Of a stretch of DNA of 64,000 nucleotides, positions 18,095 through 36,189 are shown piece after piece. Made by a program: the position numbers and the translations under genes. The notes under the pieces were generated by a model. The model was not told the DNA's origin. It did no database searches and worked only from the letters and a program-made list of their open reading frames with translations. The stretch is from Kofleriaceae bacterium. GTDB taxonomy: Bacteria; Myxococcota_A; Polyangia; Haliangiales; Haliangiaceae. The stretch is taken from assembly GCA_015075455.1 (NCBI GenBank), contig JABTUH010000016.1, positions 1 to 64,000 of the forward strand. The letters are read 5' to 3'. Each line of letters opens with the position of its first letter. Position 1 is the first letter of the stretch.

Positions 18095-18877
18095 TCAGCG
18101 GGGACCCGCGCCGGCGCGCCGGACCGGCGCCGGCGCCGCCGGGCGCGCCGGCGTCGCCACCCGGGTCCCGCGCCAGAACACCAGCGCGCCCACGGCCAGC
18201 ATCGCGATCGAGAAGGCGCCGCACATCGCGCCCCAGAACCAGTAGGCCCCGCCCATGGCCTCGGCCATCTGCTGGGTGTCCGACGGCATGCGGCCCTGCG
18301 TGGTCTCGGCCCACTGCATGAACAGGTAGTCGCCGCGCGAGTACACCGACAGCGCGAGCTGCACCGCCAGGAACAGGAGGGCGGCCTGGGCCAGGTGCGC
18401 GCCGCCGCGGATCGCGATCACGAGCGCGCCGGCGGCGAGCACGCCGGTGAACGCGGCGCCGAAGCCGTTGCGCACCACCAGCACCAGCGCCAGGGCCAGG
18501 ACCGCGCCGAAGGCGCCCAGCGCGTAGCGGGCCCAGCGCCCGTCCTGCGCCGCCGCCATCATGCCGGCGGCCGCCACCGCCGGTCCGCACAGGCCGCCCG
18601 CCGAGATGAAGGCCTTGGCCGCCGCCGAGCCCGGCACGGTGTGGACCGCGACCCCCGAGCCGTCCTGCCACATCTTGAACTCGATGAACTCGCTGCCGAC
18701 CAGCATGGCGGCGACGCCGTGGCCGAGCTCGTGCACCAGGGTCGAGATCAGGATGAGCGGGTAGGCCAGGTAGTGACCGTGGGGCACCAGGTAGAGCCCG
18801 AGCGTGACCGCGGCGCTGGCCACCAGCACCCAGCGGGCCCGGGTCGACAGCGGCATCGGCGTGCGGTGGACGGCCAT
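18095..18877 (-). CDS. M50-family (site-2-protease-like) membrane metalloprotease
   Basis: Transmembrane helices surround HExxH in STLVHELGHGVAAMLVG. The gene is convergent with the VIT-vWA gene, 6 bp apart. Confidence 0.75.
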   Translation of the reverse strand: MAVHRTPMPLSTRARWVLVASAAVTLGLYLVPHGHYLAYPLILISTLVHELGHGVAAMLVGSEFIEFKMWQDGSGVAVHTVPGSAAAKAFISAGGLCGPAVAAAGMMAAAQDGRWARYALGAFGAVLALALVLVVRNGFGAAFTGVLAAGALVIAIRGGAHLAQAALLFLAVQLALSVYSRGDYLFMQWAETTQGRMPSDTQQMAEAMGGAYWFWGAMCGAFSIAMLAVGALVFWRGTRVATPARPAAPAPVRRAGAGPR

Positions 18878-18966
18878 GCCCCAAGCCTACGCCATGACGA
18901 CCGGTCGCGCCGGTGTCGCCGGCGCCGGTCGCGGCGGCGCGCCGCACCCGCGCGCGTGGCCGCGGG

Positions 18967-19542
18967 TCACAGGCAGGTCACGCTGTTGACCGCGGTGTGG
19001 CTGCAGTGGGTGTCGGGATCGGTCGAGGCCGCGGTCAGGTGGTAGATGCGACAGGCCAGCGTGTTGCCGGCGATGTCGCTGGCGTCGTAGGTCTCGGTGG
19101 CGTCGAGGCCGGGGCAGGCCGCCAGGCAGGCGGCGACCGAGGCGTAGGGCGGCACCGACTGGTCGCTGCACAGGGCGTCGGTGATGGCGCAGAAGCTCTC
19201 GCAGTTGGTGCCGCAGGTGCCGTCGCCGCCGGGGCCGGCGCGGGTGCAGGCGGTGGGGTCGCCCTCGGCGATCGCCGCCCAGTACGTCCGGCAGGCGATG
19301 GTCTGGCCGCCGCGATCGTCGGGCGCGCCCAGCTCCAGGGTCTCGCACGTCGCCCGGCAGGTCGAGACGTCGGAGAACTGCGCGACCGCGCCCTGGCAGT
19401 TGCGCATCACCAGCACGCAGTAGTCCTCGCAGGCGTTGGCGACCCGGTCGACCTCCGTCCCGCCACAGGCGAGCCCCGCGAGCGCGGCCCCGATCATGAC
19501 CATGGTGCCGCCGACGAGTCCCCGGGTTCGCATCGCCTGCAT
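18967..19542 (-). CDS. Cys-rich lipoprotein (about 190 aa)
   Basis: The real start is MQAMRTRGLVGGTMVMIGAALAGLACGG at 19542 (lipobox LAGLAC). 20 Cys residues sit in a CxxxC-type arrangement. The upstream 730 codons of the 926-aa ORF are Arg/Gly/Pro noise overlapping the photolyase gene. Confidence 0.7.
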   Translation of the reverse strand: MQAMRTRGLVGGTMVMIGAALAGLACGGTEVDRVANACEDYCVLVMRNCQGAVAQFSDVSTCRATCETLELGAPDDRGGQTIACRTYWAAIAEGDPTACTRAGPGGDGTCGTNCESFCAITDALCSDQSVPPYASVAACLAACPGLDATETYDASDIAGNTLACRIYHLTAASTDPDTHCSHTAVNSVTCL

Positions 19543-19604
19543 CGTAGGTGAGGCCGTGGCCGCCGGCAACCGACTGGCCGCCGCGGCGCCCGGGCGGCCC
19601 GGGA

Positions 19605-21149
<1,545 letters not shown>

Positions 21150-21179
21150 CCGGCTTCGACGGCGCCGGCGACGGGGCGG

Positions 21180-21860
21180 TTACGCCGCCCCGGCCGGGTG
21201 CAGGCCGTCGGCGGCGCGCCGCAGGGCGGCCGGCGCGTCGGCGATGACCACCGCGCCGTGGCCCGGCACGACCCGGGCCAGGCCGGGCCAGGCCGCGAGC
21301 CGGCGCAGGTGCGCGGCGTAGGCGGCGCGATCCTTCACGAGGAACCAGCGGGCGGTGCGCGTGACCTTGGGCCCGCCGGTCGAGCCGATGAGCGCGACCA
21401 CCCTGCCCTTCCAGCCCGGGAGTCGATCGGGGAGGTTCATGAACGCGTCGTTGAAGACCGCGGTCACGGCGCCGTCGCCGTCGCGGTGGAGGAGGACCGC
21501 CTCCTCGGGGACGCCGTCGAGCACCTGCCAGGTCACGGCCTCGCCGCCGGGCAGGAGCGCGAGGTCGCCGTCGACCGCGACCCGGCGCGCCACCGCCGCC
21601 TGCGACGCCGCCGTCGTCACCACCCGCGCCGCGGGGTAGCGCGCCTTCCAGCGCGGGGCGTCCATCGTGTGGTTGCGGCTGGGCACGACGATCCAGCCTA
21701 CCGGCCCCAGCGCCTCGATCGCGGCCTGGGTCGCGTCGTCGCAGCACACGACGCTGTGCACCGCCAGGCTGCCGTCACCCAGGCGCAGCACCGTCATGCG
21801 GCGGCCGATGGGCAGGAGGTCGAGGCTGGCGTCGACGATCCACAGGCCGTCGGCCAGCAT
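21180..21860 (-). CDS. DUF4336-family protein
   Basis: MLADGLWIVDASLDLLPIGRRMTVLRLGDGSLAVHSVVCCDDATQAAIEALGPVGWIVVPSRNHTMD... Start placed at ATG 21860 (alternative ATG 21908) to avoid the divergent TonB-receptor start. The upstream Arg-rich 64 codons of the track ORF are noise. Confidence 0.6.
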   Translation of the reverse strand: MLADGLWIVDASLDLLPIGRRMTVLRLGDGSLAVHSVVCCDDATQAAIEALGPVGWIVVPSRNHTMDAPRWKARYPAARVVTTAASQAAVARRVAVDGDLALLPGGEAVTWQVLDGVPEEAVLLHRDGDGAVTAVFNDAFMNLPDRLPGWKGRVVALIGSTGGPKVTRTARWFLVKDRAAYAAHLRRLAAWPGLARVVPGHGAVVIADAPAALRRAADGLHPAGAA

Positions 21861-21889
21861 CGTGAGCGGTCCGTGCGATGCTTGCCGCC

Positions 21890-24589
21890 ATGAGTCCCGG
21901 GTGGCCATCCGGCTGCGATGCTCGCCGGATCGCGTTCGTCGCGCCAGCCGCGGCGGTCGCCTTGTGCGCGGCCGCCGCCCACCACCCGGCCGCCGCCGAC
22001 GACGCCCGCGACCTGTTCGGCCTCGACGCGCCGGCCGACGCGCCGGCGACCTGCGCCGACGCCCGCGACCTGCCGGGCCCGGTCGACGACGCGCGGCCAC
22101 CGGCGGCGTGGCGCACCCGGCTCCGCGCCACGTACCTCCTGCGCCTGCCCCTGGCCGCGGCCGACCTCGACGCCGCCGCCGGCCTGGTGGTGGGCGCCGG
22201 CCGCGACGACGGCGGCCTCTACTACGCCGGCGCGACCTCGGCCGACAACCGCTGGCTGGTGGACGGCGCCGCCGTCGATTCGCCGCGGCTGGGCAACCTC
22301 GGCCTGCGGGTGCCGCTGGCGTTCGTCGACGAGGTGACGGTGACCACCGGCGGCTTCTCGGCCCGCGACCGGGCCGCGGTCGGCGCCGTGATCGAGGCCC
22401 GCCTGCGCGAGGGCGGCGACGACCATCGCGCCACCGCCAGCGCCTGGCTCGCGCCGGCGCGCCGCGCGGCTCACCGCGCCGGCGCCCGTTCGTGCGCGGC
22501 GAGCACCGCTCGTTCCAGGGCCGCCTCGCCGATCAGCGCGCGCTCGACCTGGCGCTCGTCCGCGACGGGCGACGCGCCGCGCCGGCGGCGCGCGCCTGTG
22601 GTACTGGCCGGCGTCGCGCCGCCGCGGGCAGCGGACGCCTCGCTGGTCCGCCGCCACGCCTGGCGTCGCGCCGACGCCGACGGCGACCTGCGCCCCGACC
22701 GGCGGCCCGACGGCCTCCTGGTCCACGACCCGCTCGGCACCGCCCACCGCGACGCGCTGGCGTGGTCGGTGCCGGCGATGCTGCGGCTGGGCGCGCGCGC
22801 CGCCCACCACGATCTGGCCGCCACCGCGCTGGTCACCGCCGCCGGCGACACCCGGTGGCGGGTCACCGCCGAGGAGGACGCCGCCGGCGTCGATCGTCGC
22901 GACCTCGACGCCTCGCTGTCGGCGACCTGGCGCGGCACCTGGCCGCGCACCCGCGCCCGCGTCGTCGCGAGCTGGCTGCGCGCCGGCCGCGTCGAGTCGC
23001 CGCGCACCGCCGGCGGCCTCGCCCCCGATCTCGGCCTCGCCTACATCCCGCCGGCCGAGGCCACGACGACCGGCGCCGATCGCGCCGTCCGCGCCGGCTG
23101 CACCGATCAGGTCGCCGACGATCCGTACCCCGGCTTCGTCAACTGCCCGTTCCCCACCGGCTACTACCACGTCGGCGGCGTCGGCCAGCTCGGCGACGTG
23201 ATCCAGGACCGGCCGGGCGTGGTGGCCGAGCTCGAGCGCGCCATCGGCGACCACACCATCACCGCCGGGGTGAGCGGCGAGGACGCCCGGGTCGTCCTCC
23301 GCACCCGCTACAGCGGCGGCTACCTCCGCCGCCAGCTCGGCCCCGAGGCCTACGTCGACTACCGCCTGGTGCGGGTCGGCTCCGGACCCGGCCTCGACGA
23401 CGCCTGCGGCGACGTGGCGTGCGACTGGCTCGACGAGCACGAGCGCACGATCCGCACCCGCCACGTCGCGGCCTGGCTCGCCGACACCTGGCGACCGGGC
23501 GCCGCGATCGCCGTCGAGTACGGGGCGCGCGCCGAGGCCAGCCAGATCGGCGAGTCGGTGCGGGTCCGCGATCTGCTGCCGCGGCTGGGCGCGGCCTGGG
23601 ACTTCCTCGGCGGCGGCCGCTCGCGCGCCTTCGTCGGCTGGGGCCGCTACGCCGCGGTGCTGCCCGCCGGCGCCGGCGAGCGCGTGTTCGCGGGGCCCAC
23701 CGTCTACCAGCAGGCGACCTTCGGCCCGACCATGACCCACGCCCTCGCCGCCAGCGGCGACGTGCCGATCGCGCCCGACCTGCGCGGCGTGCGCGTCGAC
23801 GAGGCGCTGGCCGGCGTCGAGGTCGGCGCCGCCGACGTGGCGCGGCTGGGCGTGGTGGCGCGCCACCGCCACCTCGGCCGCGGGCTCGAGACCGTCGGCG
23901 GCGTGCTGACCGTGGTCGGCGCCGAGCCCGGCCAGGCCGCCGCCACCCGCGAGCTGATCGAGGTCGGCGTGACCGGCGAGACCTCGCCCGCCGCCGCCGT
24001 CACCGTGCGCGCCGGCTACGCCTGGTCGCGGCTGCGCGGCAACTGGGCCGGCCCCCACGATCCGGTCGACGGCTTCGGCCTCTACCTGTCGTCGGCGCTC
24101 GACGACGGCGCGATCAACGCCACCGGGCCCCTGCCCAACGACCAGCCCCACCGCTTCTTCGCCGAGGTCACCGGCCGCGGCCGCAAGGCCGGGTTCGACC
24201 TCGAGCTCGGGCTGCGCGCCGCCGCCACCTCGGGCCGGCCGCGCAGCGTGCGCACGATCGCCGGCCAGAGCTTCCTCCTGCCTCGCGGCGCCGCCGGGCG
24301 CCTGCCGACGGTGGCCCAGACCAGCGCCCGCCTGGCGGCGCGCCGCGGTCGCCTCACGGTCGGCCTCGACGTGCTCAACGTGTTCGACCGCCGCGGCACC
24401 GTCGCCGTCGACGAGGTCCACGTCATCGACGCGCTCCTGCCCATCGACGGCGGCGACGCCGGCGATCTGATCTTCGCCAAGGACAACGTCTTCGAGTCGG
24501 AGCCGGCCCGGGTCAACCGTCGCCGCGGCGCGCCCAGCCGCTTCCAGGCGCCGCTGACCGCCGTGCTCGGCGTGCGCGTCGAGCTGTGA
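21890..24589 (+). CDS. TonB-dependent receptor-like outer-membrane beta-barrel protein
   Basis: Signal peptide MSPGWPSGCDARRIAFVAPAAAVALCAAAAHHPAAA. A plug-like region has DNRWLVDGAAVDSP. A long beta-rich body follows, ending with a C-terminal ...LTVGLDVLNVFDRR...LGVRVEL barrel end. Confidence 0.7.
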   Translation: MSPGWPSGCDARRIAFVAPAAAVALCAAAAHHPAAADDARDLFGLDAPADAPATCADARDLPGPVDDARPPAAWRTRLRATYLLRLPLAAADLDAAAGLVVGAGRDDGGLYYAGATSADNRWLVDGAAVDSPRLGNLGLRVPLAFVDEVTVTTGGFSARDRAAVGAVIEARLREGGDDHRATASAWLAPARRAAHRAGARSCAASTARSRAASPISARSTWRSSATGDAPRRRRAPVVLAGVAPPRAADASLVRRHAWRRADADGDLRPDRRPDGLLVHDPLGTAHRDALAWSVPAMLRLGARAAHHDLAATALVTAAGDTRWRVTAEEDAAGVDRRDLDASLSATWRGTWPRTRARVVASWLRAGRVESPRTAGGLAPDLGLAYIPPAEATTTGADRAVRAGCTDQVADDPYPGFVNCPFPTGYYHVGGVGQLGDVIQDRPGVVAELERAIGDHTITAGVSGEDARVVLRTRYSGGYLRRQLGPEAYVDYRLVRVGSGPGLDDACGDVACDWLDEHERTIRTRHVAAWLADTWRPGAAIAVEYGARAEASQIGESVRVRDLLPRLGAAWDFLGGGRSRAFVGWGRYAAVLPAGAGERVFAGPTVYQQATFGPTMTHALAASGDVPIAPDLRGVRVDEALAGVEVGAADVARLGVVARHRHLGRGLETVGGVLTVVGAEPGQAAATRELIEVGVTGETSPAAAVTVRAGYAWSRLRGNWAGPHDPVDGFGLYLSSALDDGAINATGPLPNDQPHRFFAEVTGRGRKAGFDLELGLRAAATSGRPRSVRTIAGQSFLLPRGAAGRLPTVAQTSARLAARRGRLTVGLDVLNVFDRRGTVAVDEVHVIDALLPIDGGDAGDLIFAKDNVFESEPARVNRRRGAPSRFQAPLTAVLGVRVEL

Positions 24590-24607
24590 GCCGCCGCCGG
24601 CGCGCGG

Positions 24608-26011
<1,404 letters not shown>

Positions 26012-26095
26012 GATGGGGGCGCGCACCTTGCCACGGGTGGGGCCGGCATACCAGCCGGACCCTCCGGAGGCGACCGGTGGCCTATCATCAGGGGC

Positions 26096-27415
26096 ATGCG
26101 GCGGCTCGCGCCCCTCCTCGCGCCCCTGGCGCTCGTCGCCGCGTGCGGCGACAACCTGCCCCAGGTCCACCGCCTCGACATCGTCGGCCACACCGACCTG
26201 GGGGCGCGCGGCATGTACGCGGCGCTGGCGGTCGCCGGCGACACCGCCTACGTCGGCTCACGCAACGACAAGAAGGGCGTGCTCATCGTCGACCTCGCCG
26301 ATCCGGCGCGGCCGACGGTGGTCGGCGAGCTCGGCCCGCCCGACGAGGGGCTGCCGGCGATGTCGTCGCGCGAGCTGCGCGCGGTGCCCGACCTCGACCT
26401 CCTGATCGTGCTCAACATGGTCTGCGGCGAGGAGCAGCACGGCTGCGCGCCGACCGGCGGCGAGGTCGAGAACTTCAAGCTCTACGACATCGCCGACCGG
26501 CGGGCGCCGCGCCTGGTCGCGACCATCCCGGTGACCGGCGACTTCCGCCGGCCGCGCAGCCCGCACGAGTTCTACCTGTGGCGCGACGGCGCGCGGGTGC
26601 TGCTGTTCGTGTCGGCGCCGCCGGGGCCGCCGGCGTTCGAGGTCATCGACCTCACCGATCCACGGGCGCCGGTGCGCACGACGTGGGATCCGACCCAGGA
26701 GGGCGTGCGCCGGCTGTCCGGCGACTACATCCTGCACTCGGTGGGGGTGTCGGCCGACGGCAAGATCGCATACCTCTCGCACCTCCGCGCCGGCCTCCTG
26801 CTCGCCGACGTCTCGGCGCTGCCGGCGGTCCGGCTGCTCACGCCGCCCGACGCGGCGGTGACCTGGCCGCCCGCCGAGTTCGCCGGCCCGCACTCGGCGG
26901 TGCAGCTCCGCGGCCGCAACGTGCTGGTGCTGAGCGAGGAGGTCTACCCCAACCCGCTCGGCACCGGCTGCCCGTGGGGGCACGTCCGCACCGTCGACGC
27001 CTCCGATCCCGCGGCGCCGGTGCTGCTCGGCGAGTTCCGGCTGCCCGAGAACGATCCGGCCTTCTGCGCCGGCGGCGACCACGACCGCGTCGCCTTCACC
27101 GCCCACAACATCACCACCACCCGCGACCTGGCCTTCGTCACCTGGTACTCGGGCGGCCTCCAGGTGATCGACGTCGAGGATCCGCGAGCGCCGGTGGGGC
27201 TGGCCGAGCTGCGGCCCGAGCCGGTGCCGGTGGTCGAGCACGAGGACCCGACCCTGGGCGGCCACCCGGTGCTGATGTGGAGCTACCCGGTGATCCAGGG
27301 CGGCCTCATCCACGTCGTCGACTCGCGCAACGGCCTCTACGTCCTGCGCTACCGCGGCCGCCACGAGGACCAGCTCTTCGAGGACCTGTTCGTCGAGGGC
27401 AACAGCAACCTGTGA
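26096..27415 (+). CDS. Lipoprotein with LVIVD-type beta-propeller repeats
   Basis: [18 protein letters not shown] is a lipoprotein signal. Repeated motifs [38 protein letters not shown] and [17 protein letters not shown] match the LVIVD repeat family. Confidence 0.8.
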   Translation: MRRLAPLLAPLALVAACGDNLPQVHRLDIVGHTDLGARGMYAALAVAGDTAYVGSRNDKKGVLIVDLADPARPTVVGELGPPDEGLPAMSSRELRAVPDLDLLIVLNMVCGEEQHGCAPTGGEVENFKLYDIADRRAPRLVATIPVTGDFRRPRSPHEFYLWRDGARVLLFVSAPPGPPAFEVIDLTDPRAPVRTTWDPTQEGVRRLSGDYILHSVGVSADGKIAYLSHLRAGLLLADVSALPAVRLLTPPDAAVTWPPAEFAGPHSAVQLRGRNVLVLSEEVYPNPLGTGCPWGHVRTVDASDPAAPVLLGEFRLPENDPAFCAGGDHDRVAFTAHNITTTRDLAFVTWYSGGLQVIDVEDPRAPVGLAELRPEPVPVVEHEDPTLGGHPVLMWSYPVIQGGLIHVVDSRNGLYVLRYRGRHEDQLFEDLFVEGNSNL

Positions 27416-27493
27416 CGGGCGCCGGCGCGGTCGGGCCCGACGGGCCGGTCACGCCGGTCACGCCGGTCAGGGCGGTCAGGGCGGTCAGGCCGG

Positions 27494-28312
27494 TCAGGGC
27501 GCGAGCGTCGCCGCGGCGGGCTGGGCCTCGACGTCGGCGAGGTGGTCGACGTAGCCCGGCAGCGCATGCGGCAGCGGGTGGGCGTCGCAGGGCGTGGGCG
27601 TACCGAGGATGAAGGTGGAGGCCGGCGGGATGCCGGCCTCGGCGTAGGCGCAGACGTCGGTGGCGGCGTTGCCGTAGGCGCGGACGACGCGCAGCCCGGC
27701 GGCCTGGAGCGCGGTCAGGGCCTCGCGCTTGAACGCGCCGACGCCGTCGCGGCTCGGTCGGCCGTCGCGCAGGCGATCGGGGGTGAACAGCGGCCCGAAC
27801 GGGAAGCCGCCGGTCACCAGCCAGCGCCGGGTGCGCTCGCGCAGCGGGTACGGGCGGCCGGTGACGTAGACGACGAGGTAGCCCTTGTCGGCCCAGGCCC
27901 GGGCCACCGCGGCGGCGCCGGCGAAGGCCTCGGCGCCGCGCCCGAGCAGGTCGTCGAGCAGCTCGCCGTCGTCGATCGTGAGCGTGCCGTCGACGTCGAA
28001 CACCACCGCCGGCGTGGCGCCGGGTAGCACCCAGACGCCACCCTCGGCGGCGCTGCCGTCGCCAGCGACCCGCATCCAGTAGCGGTGGTGCCCGGGTGGC
28101 AGCGCCGGCGCCTGGTAGCCGGCGCGGCCGTCGTCGTCGGTGCCGGTGCGGCCGAGGCGGCGGACCGCGCAGTCGGCGCCCGCCAGGTAGACGTCGACGT
28201 CCTCGCCCTCGAGGTCCTTCGAGACCTTGCCGTAGGCGAACTTGGCGACGAGCTCGGGCCGGGTCCGCGCTGGCACGACGACGTCGCTGGCGACGTGGCG
28301 CGGCTCGCCCAT
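27494..28312 (-). CDS. HAD-superfamily phosphatase of the LNS2 / App1 (lipin-like) type
   Basis: VVFDVDGTLTIDD (DxDGT motif I) is present, with ...VVYVTGRPYPL.. downstream. Start taken at ATG 28312 (MGEPRHVASD). The upstream 30 codons are uncertain. Confidence 0.65.
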   Translation of the reverse strand: MGEPRHVASDVVVPARTRPELVAKFAYGKVSKDLEGEDVDVYLAGADCAVRRLGRTGTDDDGRAGYQAPALPPGHHRYWMRVAGDGSAAEGGVWVLPGATPAVVFDVDGTLTIDDGELLDDLLGRGAEAFAGAAAVARAWADKGYLVVYVTGRPYPLRERTRRWLVTGGFPFGPLFTPDRLRDGRPSRDGVGAFKREALTALQAAGLRVVRAYGNAATDVCAYAEAGIPPASTFILGTPTPCDAHPLPHALPGYVDHLADVEAQPAAATLAP

Positions 28313-28619
28313 GCGAGCGACGACGGCGCTGCGATCGTGGCGCCACGCCGCGCCGCTGGCGGTCGGGGGCGCGCAGGCCGGCGCCTCGCCCGGCCACGGC
28401 ACGCGCGGCGCGCGCGCTCGCGCTGGCAGCCGCCGGCGAGGGACGAGCGCGGCGGCGAGGCGGCGGCCGCGGCGCGGGTGGCGAGCGCGCGGTGGTGAGG
28501 GTCGAGGCGGGGCGGGTCACGGCGCGTCGGCGAGCGGCGGTTCCAGCCCGGATCGCGCGCTCGGGTTCGGATCGGGTCGGGCTCGGATCGATCCGCTCAC
28601 CCGCGCCGCCTTCACCGAC

Positions 28620-29700
28620 CGCGGTCGAGCCGCGCGGAAACCGAACGGCCAGCGCAGTGGGCGCGGGCGCCCCGGTCGACGCCGCGCGGCCCCGCGCCGA
28701 CATCGGCGCGGCCCCGCGCGACCGGCGACGGCGAGCGCGCATCTCCGCTCGGCCCGAACCAGCCGCGCGAGCGCCAGCGAGGGCGTGTCGAAGGCCGACA
28801 CGCCGCGGGCCCCGCGCCGACACGCCGCGGCGGCGCTTCGCCGACTGCGCCGCGGCGCCGCCGTCGCGCGCTCGACGCGAGCTCATCTCCGCTCGGCCTG
28901 AGCGCGCGAGCGCCAGCGAGGGCGTGTCGGCGCGGCCGACACGCCGCGGCCCCGCGCCGACACGCCGCGGCGCCGCGCGCCGACACGCCGCGGCGGCTCA
29001 TCATCTCCGCTCGGCGCTGGAGCCGCCCGACCGCCAGCGAGGGCGTGCACGGTCGGCCGCCGACACGCTGCAGCCCGCGCCGGCGACACCGCCGCGGCCC
29101 GCGCGCGACCGAACGGCGAGCTCCATCTCCGCTCGGCCTGAGCCGCCTGAGCGCCAGCGAGGGCGCGGTCGAAGCCGACACGCGCGCGTCGCCGCGCCGA
29201 CGCGCCGCGGCCCCCGCGCGACCGAACGGCGAGTCCATCCCTCCGCTCGGCAGCTGAGCGCATCGCCGCGGCGCCAGCGCGGCGCGTGTCGAAGGCCGCC
29301 ACGCCGCGGCCGCCGCGCCGACACGCCGCGGCCCGCGCGACCGAACGGCGAGCCGATCTCCGCTCGCTCGGCGCTGCTGCCGCCCGAGCGCCAGCGCGGG
29401 CGTGTCGAAGGCCGACACGCGCGCGGCCCGCGCGCCGACACGCCGCGGCCCCGCGCGACCGAACGGCGAGCGCGATCTCCGCTCGGCCGGAGCCGCCCGA
29501 GCGCCAGCGAGGGCGTGATCGCGCCGACGCGCGCGCTGACGCGCGCGCCGCGCTGCCGCCGCGGCCCCGCGCGACCGAACGCCGAGCCCATCTCTCCGCT
29601 CGCCCTGCTACGCCGCCCGAGCGCGGCCAGGGCGCGGCGCGAGCGCCGACGCCGCGCGGCCGCGCGCGCGCTGCGGGAGCGCGGTACGGCTCCGAGACCG
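28620..29700. repeat. Array of about 9 degenerate tandem repeats of about 112-132 bp, each containing a conserved hairpin
   Basis: Unit consensus is ATCTCCGCTCGGCC-(10-20 variable)-GAGCGCCAGCGAGGGCGTGTCGAAGGCCGACACGCCGCGGCCCCGCGCCGACACGCCGCGGCCCCGCGCGACCGAACGGCGAG. Clear copies start at 28741, 28885, 29003, 29125, 29237, 29355, 29475 and 29589, with a partial copy at 28620. The core CGTGTCG-aaggc-CGACACG is a 7-bp-stem inverted repeat. All six frames translate to Arg/Ala noise. Confidence 0.8.
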
Positions 29701-29859
29701 ACGGCGGGGGCCGGCCTCGGACAGTGCTACGCGCAGCCGGGGCGTCGTCGACGGTCACGACGTGGCGCCGTCGTCGCCGCGCAGGCGGCGCGCTCGCAGC
29801 ACCGCGGCCCACCGCCGGCGCCAGGGTGCGCTCGCCGTCGTCGACGCTCGGCGATCACG

Positions 29860-34398
<4,539 letters not shown>

Positions 34399-34402
<4 letters not shown>

Positions 34403-35108
34403 CGCACCGCGCCCGCGCCGCCGCGGCTACTCGCCGCCATCGCTGCCGGGGCGGTGCGGCGCCGAGCTTGCCGATGCGCGGATCGCTCGCGGCCCTTGTC
34501 GTCGTCACCGAACAGGCGGATGCGCTGGCCAGCGCGGTTGTGGCCGATGGCGTAGACCACGCCGGCGACGCCGGAGATGGGCAGCACCACCATCAGCACC
34601 GGCATGAGCAGGAACATGGGGACGATCTTGGCCACGATGCTGGCGACGATCAGGTACATCGCCGCCGCGGGATGGTCTCGCGCGCGCAGGCGCCGGCGTA
34701 GAGCCAGCCCAGGGGCCCGAAGAAGAACGACAGCCCGCCCGACACCAGCCACGACTTGCCGCGCCCGACCTCTCGCGCGGCTTCGTCAGCTCGAGGTGCG
34801 CGGCGTCGCTGGCCAGCGCAGCGCGCGGCAGCGCGGTCTCGAGGTCGCCGCCGCGATCGCGCCCGCGCCCGCCCTCGGTCTCGCGCCCGGCCCTTGCGCG
34901 CCTTGCCGGTGACGATCGCCGCCTGCCGCTCGCGCAGCTCGTCGCGCTCGGCCTGCTGGCGCGCCGCTCGCGCCGCGCCGGCCCGGGCTCGGCCTCGGCG
35001 CGCACCCGACGCGCGGGCGACGTCCGCGGCGCTTGCCTCGGCCGCCAGCGCGTCCAGGCGGGCGCGCAGCTCGTCATCGTCGTCGGGCACGGCCCGAACT
35101 ATGCGCAT
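34399..35108 (-). CDS. Membrane protein with TM2 / PspC-like segment (apparent frameshift near 34650)
   Basis: ...GKSWLVSGGLSFFFGPLGWLYAGA in one frame, then AAAMYLIVASIVAKIVPMFLLMPVLMVVLPISGVAGVVYAIGHNRAGQRIRLFGDDDKGRE in a frame offset by one base. The N-terminal Ala/Arg-rich 100 codons are doubtful. Confidence 0.4.
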
Positions 35109-35470
35109 GATCTCTCCGTGCGCGTCGCCCGCGCTCGCTCGCCTCGCCCTGGGCCTGTCGCTCGGCCTCGCCGGCGGCCTCGCCGGCTGCGGCGCGGACC
35201 TCCGGCCCGGCCGGGGCCCCAGCGCGCGCCGCACGCGCCGGCGAGCGCGCGCGCGCCGAGAAGGCGGCCTCGAGCGAGGAGCCGGTCGACGCCGCGCTGG
35301 CAAGCAAGTGGGGTGGCTGGCGCTACCAGGGCAGCCGCGACGAGTGCTTCTTCGTGGTCAAGCGCCGCTGCTTCACGCGAGCGCGAGGCCGCCTGCCGCG
35401 CCGCCAGCCGTGCGGCGCCAAGCGCTGCGTGGTCGAGGGCGGCGGCCCGCCACGGTGCGCTGCCAGTAGG
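35101..35470 (+). CDS. Possible small lipoprotein (frame-broken)
   Basis: MRMISPCASPALARLALGLSLGLAGGLAGCGADL is a signal peptide with lipobox. A second frame gives AEKAASSEEPVDAALASKWGGWRYQGSRDECFFVVKRRCF. Extent is uncertain. Confidence 0.3.
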
Positions 35471-35559
35471 AGCGCGGCGCGAAGCCGTGGATCGAGCTCG
35501 CGCGAGCCCCGGCGCCAGGCGGCGGCGAGCTGTCGCTCCACCGGCGCGCGCCGCGAGCT

Positions 35560-36155
35560 GGTGATCCGCGCGTCGACCGCCAGGAGCTCGCGTCGAGCCG
35601 GCGCCACGCGCTCGGAGGACGGCCGGCCGCGGTCGGCTGCGCCGGCGTCGGCGCCGGCGAATCGGTGCTGATCGGCGGCCTCGGCATGGGCTTCACCCTG
35701 CGCGCGGCGCTGGCGGCGCTGGCGGCTGCCGGCGCCCGGCTCGTCGTCGCCGAGCTGAGCGCGGCGGTGGTGGCGTGGAACCGCGAGCCGGCTCGGGCCC
35801 GAGGCGGCGGCGACGTTGCGCGATCCGCGGGTGCGGCTCGCGATCGCCGACGTCGCGGCGCTCCGGACCGAGCCCGGCGGCTCGACCGACGCGATCCTGC
35901 TCGACGTCGACAACAGCCCCCACGCCCTGACCCAGCCCAGCACCGCAGCCTGTCGACGCCGCCGCCGCCGGCCTCGCCGCCGCCCACCGCGCCCCTGCGC
36001 CCGGGCGGCCGGCTGGCGGTGTGGTCGGCGGAGCGCGCCCCGCCCTTCCGCGCCGCCTCACCGCCGCCGGCTTCGCGGTCGAGCTCCACGACGCGCGCGC
36101 CCGCCGCGGGCGCGGGGCCGGCCACACGATCTACGTCGGCCGCCGGCCGCGCTAG
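35560..36155 (+). pseudogene. Spermidine-synthase-like (PABS / class I SAM-dependent) methyltransferase, fragments in three frames
   Basis: VLIGGLGMGFTLRAALAALAAAGARLVVAELSAAVVAWNREP (35665) / RDPRVRLAIADVAALRTEPGGSTDAILLDVDNSPHALTQPSTAA / LRPGGRLAVWSAERAP / RLTAAGFAVELHDARARRGRGAGHTIYVGRRPR* (stop about 36153). Confidence 0.5.
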
Positions 36156-36189
36156 CGCGGGCTGGCCGCGAGTCGCGGCGCCGCCGCCG

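Noticed and set aside
28620-29700. Tandem array considered as a CRISPR locus
   Set aside because: Units are about 120 bp, not 28-37 bp. They are conserved over most of their length, with only short variable patches instead of unique spacers. There are no cas genes and no leader-like AT-rich flank.
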